The notes beneath the pieces were generated by a model. That model saw only the letters and a program-made list of their open reading frames with translations. It was not told the DNA's origin and did not search any database. A program made the translations under genes and the position numbers. A stretch of DNA of 63,730 bases, counting the filler, from Sluysia triapertura (taxonomy: Eukaryota), in NCBI GenBank assembly GCA_046118255.1. It is 5 parts of 5 records of this genome, joined end to end, with 100 filler letters (N's around TTAATTAATTAA, not from the genome) between each part and the next. Parts side by side here need not be neighbours in the genome. Positions count along the whole stretch, not along the records: positions 12,122 to 25,584 come from JBJNIA010038809.1; 4 more parts are not named here. One strand, given 5' to 3'. The first letter of the stretch is position 1, and every line of letters starts with the position of its first letter. Below are positions 12,122-25,684 of the stretch, piece after piece.

Positions 12122-13727
12122 AGATTTTGTGGCCTGAAGTTTTATAATTTATGAATTATGTCGAGTACAATGAATTAATAATGTGTAACATTCATTTGAT
12201 GTTATATAATTGCTGGTAAATTTAACGGTTAATAATTTAAATATATTTAAATGTATTGCGTAAGTTGAAGTATTGATATGTAGAATTATGAGTTATGTGA
12301 ATTTATGTATGAGAACGACAATGAGATTATAGTGCTTTATACATTATTTTTATTCTTTTTCTTTTATTCAATAAAAATCTTGTTTAATCAGTTAATTTGT
12401 TCATTGCTGATTTTTCTAAATTAATTAAAATTTTAAAATACGTAAACATAAGTTCCATTAAGTTAATAGTCCAAATTTCTAAGCAAATATGTTGGATTAA
12501 TGTTAAATTAATTGTTAACGTTATTTTTTCATATCTTTCTTCTTTTATCTTGATTCTAATATTTTATATGCTTATATTGTTATTACAATTCATCAGTGAT
12601 GTTCATTTTATTCTAATATCTTGATTCATAACCCTATCTTTCTCGTTTTCCTTAACCAATCCCAACAATAAAGATTTGAATAACTACATGCATTGAACAT
12701 TGAATTTTATTATTTACATAAAAATATTATTTTAAAAATATTATTAAAAAATCATTACGGTACATGCTATTTTATTACTATTTACATCAAATTTTATTTT
12801 CCACTTTAATTACTATAAATAATTTATTCATATCATACAATTTTTTATTAAATAACATTTGTTTTACTCAAAATTTTCAATTTTTCATTATTACGCCATA
12901 TCTTCATAACCTTACCACAATAAAAATTTATATCCCTGTATCATTACCTTCAAATCGATATGCAATTTTTATAAATTAAAATTTGGCACGCAATAGGTTA
13001 AAAAAAACTTTAAATAATAGTTAAAAGATATAATATTACCAAGTAAATCTGTTTCATTTGAGAAACCACTTAAAATTTGGTGTAAACAATTTCTACTTTT
13101 GACGATACACATTTTTGGAACTGCTTCAAACTTTTAACATCATTATATTGTATACAATAAGTGCAATTAATCATAATTAACTTGATTATAGTCTTTACTA
13201 TTTAAAATTTGATTCTTTCAATTTGATAATATAAAATAGATCTCAATATTTCCAAGTTTCACATTAAATTAATCTTGATAAAATTAAAAGTAGAATAATG
13301 GTATGAATTATATTTTTACAGTTATTTATTTTATTATGTAAAAAATTAAATATAAAGATTATTGTATTTTGTTTTACTAATTTATCAAATATCACAACTT
13401 TTAAAATTGAGGCTCCCAATTTCAAAAATTATACATATCAAAAAAAGGTACAAAAATTAAATTTTTTTGTAAAATTAGAATTACTATAGGTATTTATTGT
13501 ATAACTGGCAAAATATTTCAATTTTTTTAAAGTATATTGGTAAATTTAGGTAAGTATTGATTAAGCTTATTGTGAGCTTTTGTCATTTTTTCAGTAAACC
13601 AATCAAATCACTTTAATCTACTTAGTTGTAGTATTATATATTAGACTGCATTCAATAGAAATTTCAGTTTAAAAAATTAAGCTACGCGAAATAAATTTAA
13701 TAGAAATTCTGTATTTTTTCGAAATTA

Positions 13728-16700
13728 ATGACAATTATTGTATTTTTAATAGACAATAGTTTGTCTATGTGTCAACGAACTTATGTAGGGACGTCTCTAC
13801 TAGATATTGCTAAAGGATGTGTTGAAGATATTTTTAAAGTATTAATATAAAGATAATTATTAATTATAAAATTTTTAGATACGTTTGAAGTTTTCTCGTT
13901 CTGATAGATATTACATTTTTAGTTTAGATAAAGATTCAAGTGGTATGAAGGTAATTGATTTATTTCAAAAATTTTAATTACTACTATTTAGTTAACTGAA
14001 TGTAAACAGAATCTTTACACAATACGAACCGCTTTAAATAACATTAAGCCTAGCAGTTATACATCATTAGGAGTTGGAGTTAGACGTACATTTGATATGT
14101 TAAACTTAATGCGTATGAGTAATGGGTTAGAAAATTACGGATTAGGGCGTTATCCAAGTCAAATAGAACATGCTATTGTTGTTTGTATAACTGATGGTGA
14201 AAATGCAACTTCTGAAATGGGTTCTTTTAAAGGAAATGTTGCATTACCAGTCTTAGATAGTAATGCACCTGGTTGTGATTATACAAACGAACCTTTTCGT
14301 TGGGATTATCGTTTCTATAGTATTGTTTTACGAATACCTGCATTTCCAAATATGAAACTAGAACAATCAAAATTTATTCCAACAGATGAAAATTGCTCTA
14401 TTCGTGAAATGTGTGAAGTAACTGGCGGTAGAGCTTATAAAATAACAAACGAAAGAATGTTGCATCAATGTTTAGAATCATTATCTCAGAAATGTCAACC
14501 AGGAGTTGTGTTACATTTTCGTAAATTAGAAGAAAGTTTGTTTTTAAATATCAGAGTTTATTTTGTTTATTTCAGATGCAGAACCAAATCCGAATCCTCC
14601 ACCATGGCACAATTGTAAAAAAATGATATATGTCAAATCTTCGAGTTTGGGTACAGTTAATTCACACTGGCCTATTCCAGAACCGTATTGGTTGGATGAA
14701 AATACAAACGAGGGCTTGGTTTGTTCGTTATAATCAAATAAATTTTTAATTTCTTTAGCAACCTCGAACTGCTCATCCGCTTGTTTGTTTTTCGACACAA
14801 AGAATGGTAGTTCCAAAAATCATGGAGCATTTTCCGGTTGATCGATACGAATTGGAGCCTTCTCCATTGACGCAGTATATGTTAGAGAAACATGACAATA
14901 GTTTCGTATGGCATTGTTATGTTCCGAAGAGTGGGAAAATCCAGGATTATCCTTTTGGTTATTTACGAGCCAGTCTAGATTTACAGTCAGTTCATTTATA
15001 TGTTTTGTCGTACAATTTTATTAGTCTGCTTGAACTGCTGCAGCAGGCGCTAGAACCAAATAAAATTCGAACTCATAATGATAATTGGGGTAGTAAATTT
15101 GCTCATTTTCTTGCAATTCTTCCCAAATACTATTTTGGACCTCTTGAGCGTGCCATGCAAAGATTGGCCTTAGGAAACATAATCAAAGCCGAATCAGTGG
15201 ATCGAGTATTGTCTTATACAATAAAATCGCATCTACAAAAATTAAGACAAAATGCCAAAATAATTTTGGATAAAGATCAGAAAGAATACAATATTAAACA
15301 AGCAGTTTTAAAACTTACTAAGAAAAGCATTTTGAAGCGGAAATTGGTCGTGGGAATAACAGATGAAGTTGGGATGGTGCCATTGGCCGGAGGTAAAATC
15401 GCACGACTCGAAGCGAGCAGTTACTTGATGTCGACTGTGGATCGCAGATTGATGAGAACGATGGCAACGCGATCAGTTAAGAATTATCGCGGTTGTGTGC
15501 ATGGAGACATTGGTACCAAACGTATCATGGAGCGTGAAAGGTTGCATGAGCAGCCTATGGCCGAGATGGGCGATTATGCAAATTACAAATTCGATAAGAT
15601 GCCAGAACCTCTGCGGGAGTTAATGCCGGCCCCAGAACGAAAAGAAACGTTCGGTAATCCATTCAGAAGAAAAACATCGAGTAGTAATAGTTCGGCTGTA
15701 AACGGTAACAACGGACTGGTACTAAATACACTAAATGGAGGAGGAATGAATGGAACCAATCCTGGAAATGGAAGTTCCTCATCAATCTCTCATGGTCTCA
15801 GTGGGTTTGAAGCTGATGAACGTTTTGTTGAAGACATGTTGACTGGTGGCGGCAGTCCTTTACATTCCAAGCGACCTTCGAGTCCATTATCACCGAGCAT
15901 AGGCAGGTCTAAGGGTTAGTTTAGACGTCTATTTCCACGTGATATCAAGAAACTATAATATGCGTTTTAAAAGAAACCCTTTGCTCTTATTAAAATTTTG
16001 AATAAGACCCAAAAATGGTCTCGTATAAACACCGATTAAAATTTTGAAGGATTTTTGTTTTACGAATGGCGGAAGTTTATATTATTGCTTCTAAAAGATT
16101 GGGTTGGAAAATGAATTTCATTGTGTGAATATGATCGTTATGCGATAACTTTATTTAGGCCGCTTACCGCTGAATATAACGTTTTACAACTGGCGAAAGA
16201 CTCCGACAAATTCTCCGTCAAGTAGTGCCGCTTCTACTCCCAATCCGACAGATTCGTATTTTAGTGAAACTAATTCGATCAGTCAGTTATTTAACAATAC
16301 AGATGACGACAGTTTCATTGCGAAAGACTCTCAAGTTTCACACGATCTTAGTGCAGTAGAAACCAATAGCAAGTCTGTCACATGTGCATCTGACTCCACT
16401 CTCTATATTCAATCGCCGAATTCACCTAGCAGCCCTAAAATTAGTGATTTGTCTGCAAATAAACAGTGGTATCACCACAACAGAATGCTCATGAAGAAAT
16501 TAATTACCATATTTAGACATCCAAAAATCGGTTAGTTATTGCGAAATCATTATTCACTTTAAAATTAAAATTATAATGAAATTGAAAATTAATATTCAAT
16601 GTTAAATTTCGATCAATAATTTAACCATGTGCAAGCTTGCAAGCTTTTATCAATTTCGTAGTATGTAATCTTAAAAATACTTGAAATAAAAAATTTAAAT

Positions 16701-17075
16701 TATTAAATTTAAAATTTCAGATATCGAAAACTGTAAAATAAATATTCCATTTAAATTTATATTTTCAATTCAGATGGTGAACAAGTATTTCAGTTATTAG
16801 TGAATTTCAAGGGTACTCATAAATTTCAAAGGATAATGATAAGTGCTAGCCTTCAGACCTGTATGCAATTTAAACGTTTCGAGATAACAAAATTAGTTCA
16901 ACAGTACTTGGAATATCTAAAACAACAAGAATTAATTCAGTTGAATGGCGGGAAAATAAGTGTGGAGAATGGTGAAAATGCGAACCACAAACTTGACGAT
17001 TTAAGAATTTGTCGCGATAATAATCGCCAAACACAAAATCCCAAATTAATGAATGGTCACGTCAATTATGTATAA
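13728..17075 (+). CDS. INTS6: Integrator complex subunit 6 (VWA domain, C-terminal INTS6/DDX26B domain), about 898 aa
   Basis: Exons 13728-13838, 13879-13950, 13992-14520, 14576-14718, 14759-15914, 16159-16530, (16721-16732), 16774-17075. All GT-AG and phase-consistent, total 2697 nt. Motifs: MTIIVFLIDNSLSM...LDIAKGCVE, ENYGLGRYP, ITDG, EPFRWDYR, MCEVTGGR, HWPIPEPYW, PRTAHP, FPVDRYELEPSPLTQY, PFGYLRAS, MGDY, FGNPF. Confidence 0.95.
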
Positions 17076-17257
17076 GTAAAAAATAAGTTGAGCGGGTTTC
17101 ATGTCTTTCACCCTTATATTAAACTCAGTCTATTGATGTTCGCATTTTATAAGAATAAATATAATAATTGATACTACTTTAGTTTTAAATTTTAAAAATT
17201 AATAAACACCGCACGTTTATATTTATAGTACACAAATACATGAGAATACAAATAATA

Positions 17258-20200
17258 TCAATTTCGTTTTCGTTTGCCCTGTATTTGACTTATTGGTGCC
17301 AATTTAACGAGATCAGCATACAAGGGTTTGTTTCCAATATAACTTTTTCGAACACTTTCCACAAAATTTTGAATTTGAACAGGGGTTATACTGCTTTTTG
17401 CGACAATAAATGCACTCCTGAATAAAACCAAAAAATTAAAGAATACAATAAATTACTTGCTGCCAGTATTTGTCTCCATCAGTTCTGCCTGATGAACGAA
17501 ACTGGGATTTAAATCGTAAATATCATTCAATTGTGCTGATTGATCGATATTGTATACAAACACTGTATTTGTGTCGATTAAAAGCTGAAAATATTCAAAA
17601 CCAAATTCAATAATTTAATCATAAATTGAGAATCAAAAATTAATACATTTTTAAATGAATATTTTAAACCTTTTATTAATTTTATTATATAATGTAGTCC
17701 AGAAAGTGTAGTCGCGAAATATTATTTTTATTAATTATTAATATTAATTAATATTTATAAATAAAATATACTTCTTATTTGAATCAAATTTGTTTTAGTA
17801 ATTGATTTCATGTTGTAGAAGTCAATAGAACAAAAGTGGATATATATACCTCAATAGTTATCAAAACCGTTTTATAACGATTAGTTTATTGTTTACAAAA
17901 ATTACTTAAGACAAATTTTCTGCTCTGCAGGGTTAAATATGTATACAATTGAAAAGATGTCACTTTAGATTTTAAGATAAAATTTAATTATTTTTCTGAT
18001 TAAATAGAAAATTTTATTCAGTCTTTCATTTAAAATAGATAAAAGGATCCTCATTAATTTTAAAATTAAACAAAAAATAATGCTCTGAAAATTTATTGTG
18101 CATTTTATTTGAAAATTAAATTTTTTAACTTTGCCTTTGTTAAGTCTTAAAATGATAACTCAAGAAGTTAATTATATTTACATAAATTTATCTATAATGT
18201 TCAACTGCCATATTTAATTATAAAATAAAATATCTGGTGTAAAAGTAACTCTACAAAGAAATAATCTTCACAAAATCTAATGAATTTCTGATTACTTGAT
18301 TACGTATCAAGTTTAGCTATTACGATTAAAATTAATGATCTATCTTAATGCATATACAAGACATTTTTATGATATGCAACTAAGTGAGGCGATTGAAGTT
18401 GTCCAATTTCAAATTTATTTTATATTATATTATATAACACAACTAGAACTACACTTGATTAAGCGAATTAAAATGGTCGAATACTAGTATGCAGAAAAAG
18501 CATAAGAATGATAAGAATTTTTATTTATGAATTAAAATTTTTGATTTTGCAAATGAAATCAAGTTTTTATAATTGCTAATATCTATTATGCTATAGGTAC
18601 TCAAAATAGTCGAGTATTTTTTGAAATAAAATAGTCGATTATGTTTTTTGAAATATCTAACATATTGTACTATCACTGCGAATTTTGCATGAATTTTTAT
18701 ATTTTAAAGACATTCTTTTCTATTATCTCTATGAAATTCAGAACTTACGTAATGAAAACATTTATAAATTATTGCCATGATTTCGAATTTAATTTAAAGT
18801 CTAAGATTATGGGAAAATAAACACCAAAATTAATATCCAATAATGTTCGAATAACAAAAAAGCAATGGATTTTTCATCACTGTAGTTTCCAAAAAAATAT
18901 TTCATATATTAGATAAAAAGAAATTTCATTGAATAAAATACAAATATACCAATCATCTTTAAGAATACTAAATTTGAATTTATCTACGACAGGTATAAAA
19001 AATCTAAAAATAACCTTAGACGAAGATTCGTTACTTGGGTTGTCTGATTGCAAGTAAACTTCACGGATAAGAACTTGCCTTCCATTGAAACTCTTTTTAG
19101 ATAAATTGCACAATACCTTCAACCACTCATCGGAAGTACAATCCGGAAAGTACATAAACGCTTTACTGAAAATTTAAATTAAACATTCATTTTTATGCAT
19201 AACTATTTTCATTTAATCTATTTACAAAATAAATGCAGCGAAAGGGTTAATTTTTCTGTAACATGCTCTCAGCTTCAAATTTCATATAATCATTTCACTG
19301 CACATGAGGAAATTTTGTATTCGATTATGCAGTTTACTTGTAAATAAATACTCACTTTACGCCTTCATTCGAAGGCAAAATGACACACCCTCCCGAACTG
19401 CGACCTGCACTTACCAACAGTACAGCGCTACCAACATTGCGCTGCAGATTGTCAACACAAATGAACTCTGTCTTCATGAGACTCATTTCATCTTCTGGTA
19501 AAGAAATCAATTTAATATTTTCAGGTCGCCAGTTGTCGACTAAGTTAGGGACACCATAATTAGAATTTCGTTTTCTGTTATTGGAAACTTGTTTAGACGA
19601 ATTATTCGCGTTCGCATATAAGCTTCCTTGATTTGACATAGAATTGTTTGACATGGCATTTAATAAAAATTGGTTTGTTATTACTGGGTTGATACTTTGT
19701 GGTTGTTGATTTATCGAAGGCTGCATTAAGTTGTTATTTGCTAGTCCTTGCAGAAGAGCTGAAAACAAACGAGTAGTTACTTCCGTATTTATGTCTGCAT
19801 TCGTATTAATTCTTCCCTCGTTAGTTGGATTTGGATTAGCATGCAAACCGAAGTTGTTCATTACAGACATAGTTACGTCTTGCATTGCGGTTGCTTCAAC
19901 AGCTCCCATCGTATTGTTCAACAAATTCATCAAATTGTTGACAACCAGTGGAGCTTGAGTGAGGACTTTCGGTCGACTGATGAATTGATATGACCTTTCT
20001 TGCTTTGGAATTCCTTTTAAACCTGGACATCGGATGTAGATCTCGTTAACTTCCAGATTGCAGCCATTAAAATTCAGTCCTCGTAAGTGTCGAATTATAA
20101 GAGAGCACGTTTCTGCGTTCATACCCCGAGGAAATATTAAAAATCCTAATCTAAATGCAATAAATATCAAACCATTTAAAATATCGAAATCTTTATTTTT

Positions 20201-22540
20201 CATATTTAAGACAATCGAAACCGGCTTTAAACAGTTTAATTGTACAAACAATAATTAATAAAATGCAAACATGTTTTTATTTAGGAAAATAAAACTAACT
20301 GAGTATCCATTTCATTAACTGTAAAAAGACTAAGTTTCAAATTATTCGGAATACCGAATAATAGCTGCTGAGAAGAAATTGATGTAGGAACTCCTGCGAT
20401 ATAAAGATAATGTGTCAGAACCATCTCATCGTTTTCACCAGCTCCTTCGATTTCATTTAAATTCGGTGGTTCACATCCATCTGGTTGAAACCAAACTTCA
20501 TTAATTTTTATTTTATTGTCAAATTGCATATGTAATCTTTGATGCACGTTTGATCTCGAACTATGAGACTGGGATCGCAATTCCGTAGAAGAATTTGTCG
20601 TACTCACCGTTTGATTAACAGCTACTCCAGCTATATCTTCGTCCCAGTCTTCTTCATCTTCCGCTAGTAAATCGATGGGTTCTCCGCGAGTTTCAGTTAC
20701 GCCGCTAGTACCAGTTGAATTCTGATTAGTAGCTAAACCCCTCGATTCTGAATCCACGAAAACCATGTCTCTCAACTTTTCAAACAAGGTCATAAATCGA
20801 TTATTAGGTAATGACTTTGGAACATACATAAAGCCGAATTTTTTTCGATTCATAATTTCCAAAAAGAAAACGCGTGATCCTTTAATATTTTCTGATTTGA
20901 TGGCTTCTATTATCATTTTAACTGTAATTTTCGGTGGTATTTCGTGTACAAAAAATAAATTTGATTGATATGACTTCATTCTGAAATATTAAATATTTCT
21001 GTTTATGCCATTTTCGACTTTAGGATATATACATACAAAATTCAGGTTTAAACTTTAACTTGAAAATACTTTCATTCATAAATTATCCATACAACATACA
21101 TAAAAACAGATTTAAACCAGAGTATACATTACTTGTAACACCCCTTTTATGATTGGAAAATAAGAAATTATTGTACAAACACTAAATTAATATTGAAATG
21201 ATTAATTAATATACATAAACTGGAAAAATCAAGCAAAGTTCGTTAATTTAATGAAAATAAACCTAAATCCAAATTTCACATAACATTTTTTATTTCTTTT
21301 TTTCAATTGAAGTTTAGGTAAAATAAGGCAACAACGATCCCAGGATGATGTTAATGAAAATTGTGCCCACCATAATAAAACATATTTGAGTATATACTCA
21401 CGTTTGATTGATTTTCAACATTCTTGGAACCATGACATCTCCAAGAACGGGACTTTCACCGATAATAAGTTCTGAGACCTTGGGACAGAATCCGCGTATA
21501 TACCGACTGCGCAATGTTCCCAAAATAAAGCTTCTCATAGGAAACGTACAGCTTAACGGTAGCTTGATTAATAAGCATCTGAAAATATATTTTGGGTCAA
21601 AATTATGCAATAAAATTTAAATCAAAACAATATATTATATTTATAAATTGAATTTAGCATATTTTTACATCATGCCATGTTTAACTATGGAAATGTATAA
21701 CGATGTGAATACGAAGATTATACATGTATCTATCAAAAAACAGTTAAAAATGACAATTTTTTGAATGAATGAATAAACTCTGTTAAAATTTTAATCGATA
21801 ATCATTGGTCATTTTATTTATCTAATTTTAAATTTCACAAAATCTAATTTTCTTTTTTTTTCAAAAGATAATTCAATGCTTTCGATAAGTTTGTACTGTA
21901 ACTTGTATAATTAAAATTGAAAAATATTCAATTCAACTTGTAATTTCATTTTTAATTTTTCGAATAATTAATTTCAAACTATTAATTAATTTGACAATTT
22001 TGATACGAAATTTTAATTCAACTACCACAGCTGTTCTCGTTCGCAGTAGTAGTAAGTCAGATGGTGCGGAACCACGAAATACTTGAACATTTAAAAATCA
22101 ATCTTTTAGATGTAAGCATTAAATTAAACTTAAAATGCCTTTACTTTTAAATGTTTTTCTTCGACATTTTAAATTAAATCATTACATTAAAATACATCAA
22201 AAAGATGACGTAAGAATTATTTACATGTTTTAAAGATGAATAGTTAAATTTTTCTGAAAGGGAACACTTACAACCTCAGCTAATACTTAAATTAGAATTT
22301 AACACAACCTTAACTTTTAAAAGTACATATTTCATTCGAAAGTAAAAATCTCAGATGATTAGTAATGTTAAAAACTAGAAAAATATATTTAAATATAGAT
22401 AAAGTAATAAAATTGAATAATTTTCAAATCCATATAAAAATAAAATTATAAATACAAATATTTTATAATTATATATTTCAATAAAATTATAACAGACTTT
22501 ATATTTAATCATATATTTTATATAAATATATTGGTAATGC

Positions 22541-22601
<61 letters not shown>

Positions 22602-24210
22602 TAAATAATAAAAATAAAATATAAAATTATAATCAAAAATGCATAAATATATCAAACTCATTTTTATAAAATAAGTCAAAAACGTCGATTACTAAAATTA
22701 AAAAATGGTACAGAACATCGCTGAAAAAACTAATAAGACCAAAATAAATAAAGTTCTGGAAAATATATGAATTTTATAGGACATACTAAATATACATTTT
22801 TGAATATAATTACAATTTGAAATCTGATTAAAGCACGAATTACATTTATTTTGTTTTCTTTCCACAATCTACAGAAAAATATTCGAGCAGTGATTTAAAG
22901 AAATATTCCGATTCAATATGAATAAATGGTCCGAAATTAAAAGTACTTTTTATAAATTTAAGTCATGTTCAAAAATTTCACACCTTTTTAACAATTCCCT
23001 TTAAAAATAATGAACAAATTCAATATGGGGCTTTTGTTAGACTGACACCGAGTAAAACAAATTGACTTTACCGAATTCATTGAACTAAATTGTCGATTAC
23101 ACTTTGAATGTAAAACTATCAGTTTAATATACTTCTTAAATCAAAAATTGTTTATATTTTGGCGACAACGAACCATCAAAATCCTAATGAATTACCATAA
23201 TTAAAACTGATCCAATAATATTGAGAAAACATTAAAACAGTAACCACAATTAATTTTGATATTGCGTAAAATTTTCGTTGTATAAGAATTAATATATTTA
23301 GAAAAGTGAGTTGTACTTGTGCAAGACGCAAATAATGCGATCATAACCAAATTGAATACTAATTTACTGAAAAAATTGAAATTAGAAACTTCTCAGTACA
23401 TAATAGGCTCATAAATACAAAATTTGCATTCTTATAAGATTTCATAAATGTTGAAACATTCTATATCAACTATTAAAGACTCACAATCATAAAAATATCG
23501 ACTGCTTTAAATTCTATGCTCAAGTAAGAATAAAATTATTTTTTAATTCGTGCTTTTCAGACTAATTTAATAATAATGATAATAATAATAAATATACGAT
23601 ATATAAGCAATACTTGTCACTTCGTTCAGCGATATCCCACTGCTTTAGGTCAGTTGCTTGTAACGGTAAGTCAGCAATTATTTCAGGTGGTAAAGCTTCC
23701 TTGTGTAAATTTTCCAATAAAATATAGGGTAACATAGACGCTCCATCTGGAATCTGTCGAAACAAACACGAAGAACTCGGTATAAATATAGTTATAATGA
23801 TAATAGGATTGAGAAATGCATATTTGATAATTAAAGTATATATAAATGAAAAACTATAAATAATAAAAATATTTCATTTTTTTAAATAATCGTATTTTAA
23901 TGTCAAAAGTATTTATATTAAGGTACGACAATCTTACCATAGTTGTTAAAAATACATCTGGAGGAGGAAAAAATACATATTGCACTATAAGATTATTGCT
24001 TCCGTCAGCTTCACGTGCTCGCAATCGTTCCACACCTTTAACTGTCTCATTGTGGTGCTTAACAGGATTGTATACTAATGCATCTCTTAAACCACTAAAG
24101 GAATTTTCCAAATATAACATTCGAGCCCATTTATTATGAAATTCATGCAAAAACAACACTGGTTTAGTGTTACTTGGTATATTCGATAAATAAACGTAAG
24201 GAGTATTCAT
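17258..24210 (-). CDS. Uncharacterised 834-aa protein with six divergent RRM-like repeats and an N/Q/M-rich linker
   Basis: Exons (minus) 24210-23938, 23753-23614, 21578-21402, 20980-20300, 20150-19356, 19165-19015, 17584-17457, 17417-17258. All GT-AG and phase-consistent, total 2505 nt ending in TGA. RNP2-like starts: YVYLSNIP, YILLENLH, LFFVHEIP, YLYIAGVP, FICVDNLQ, VFVYNID. RNP1-like segments: KKFGFMYV, QLGFLIF, NKAFMYF, KSAFIVA. Basic C-terminus GKRKRN. Confidence 0.85.
22541..22600. repeat. (AAT)n microsatellite in intron 2 of the RRM-like gene
   Basis: About 19 tandem AAT units. Confidence 0.95.
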
Positions 24211-25424
24211 CAAAAATTAATTTTATATATAATTTATTTTAAACTTTAATTTAATCACATTAATCAAAAACCAGTCAAAAAATTGAAACATAATTGTTAG
24301 ATTCAATCATCTTCAAAATATCAAAATATTTATAATCTATATGGCAAAATTTATATTGTTTTATTTCTCTTTTTAATATTTATAAACATTTAAAAGAACT
24401 AATTAAAACAAGTTTATTAATAATCAAAATAGAAAATTTTATATATTTATATAGGTAGTACACTTGGTTTATCTAAACATTTATACCTAATCAAATCAAA
24501 CTTATAAAGATTAAGTTTTATTGTAAATATTAAGTTATAAAGATAAAGTTAATAAAAATTGTCATTTTATTGTCATATTACATAACTGATGCATTTGATA
24601 TTTTCCATGCATTAAATATTGAACATTTTACGGAAGATTTTATCTTTTAATTATCAGTAACACAATAGGTATAAAATAATATATTAATTTGGGTTTATTT
24701 TACTTTTATGAATCATAATTGTAATCAAACTATAATTGTTCACTAATATAATGGTGATGTAGTAGTGATAATTATTATAAATATAAATTACATAATATGT
24801 ATCTTAACTGCAATCAGATTTATGTGATATTTTATAGTTTGTAAAAATTTATTAATTTACCAATTTATTAGACTAAAAATGAATAATTTAAGTACCGATC
24901 ATCATTAAAACTTTATAAAACATTAACAACTTACAAATTATTTTTGTAAAATGCTGTCAAAATAAAATGTGCATATAATTATCAAGTATGTTTGAATATT
25001 GTTTTTATTTATCAAATGAAATTATTCACATTTGCGACAATAAAAAGCATTTATTCTTCTCTCACGATCAAAAGTCAAATATAAAATTTCTATAAAAAAA
25101 GGCTGTTACATCGCAAAAAAGTGATGTATAATGAACTATCTATCGTAAATCAACCTCCAAGACAAGCAATTATTTAAGTCAATCCCTCCATGAGTTTATA
25201 ATCATTCACTCAAATTGGTATCGATTCACAACCACAAATACCACTACATGAAATGAGAACTCATCATCATTGCGAACATTTATGATGTGGTTTTACTTCA
25301 AAAGGCTAAATTCTCAAAATTAATGAGTTTAATAAAAGACAAACTTTAACTACAAGAACTTGTGGAGGTCATTAATGCTAATCGATACTAAATATTGATT
25401 TAATTTGAGTTTGTTGGCTCGTTA

Positions 25425-25584
25425 TAATAATAATAATATATTAATTTATATTGCGCGCATATCTACCGCGAAAGTACTCAAAAGCGCTTATGGTATATCA
25501 TTCACCGTAGTATTTCTGAAACAGAAAGAACTTTGCTTTTTTCTTAAATATTTCATAATCTTCTAGCAATTTGACATTATCTGG
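25425..25584 (-). mobile_element. 3' end of an L2/CR1-group LINE, truncated by end of piece B
   Basis: Minus strand reads PDNVKLLEDYEIFKKKAKFFLFQKYYGE* (stop 25500-25498), like the LP..IR....FK..LKT.LF end of ORF2. A short 3' UTR with AGCGC...GCGCAATATAAAT and an (ATT)n tail follows. Confidence 0.65.
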
Positions 25585-25684
25585 NNNNNNNNNNNNNNNN
25601 NNNNNNNNNNNNNNNNNNNNNNNNNNNNTTAATTAATTAANNNNNNNNNNNNNNNNNNNNNNNNNNNNNNNNNNNNNNNNNNNN
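25585..25684. other. Artificial contig-joining spacer (followed by TTG and a 149-N gap, 25688-25836)
   Basis: N44-TTAATTAATTAA-N44. Confidence 0.97.

Noticed and set aside
14544-14816. Antisense ORFs over INTS6, the RRM-like gene, the cadherin and the GPCR
   Set aside because: Shadow frames of real coding exons.
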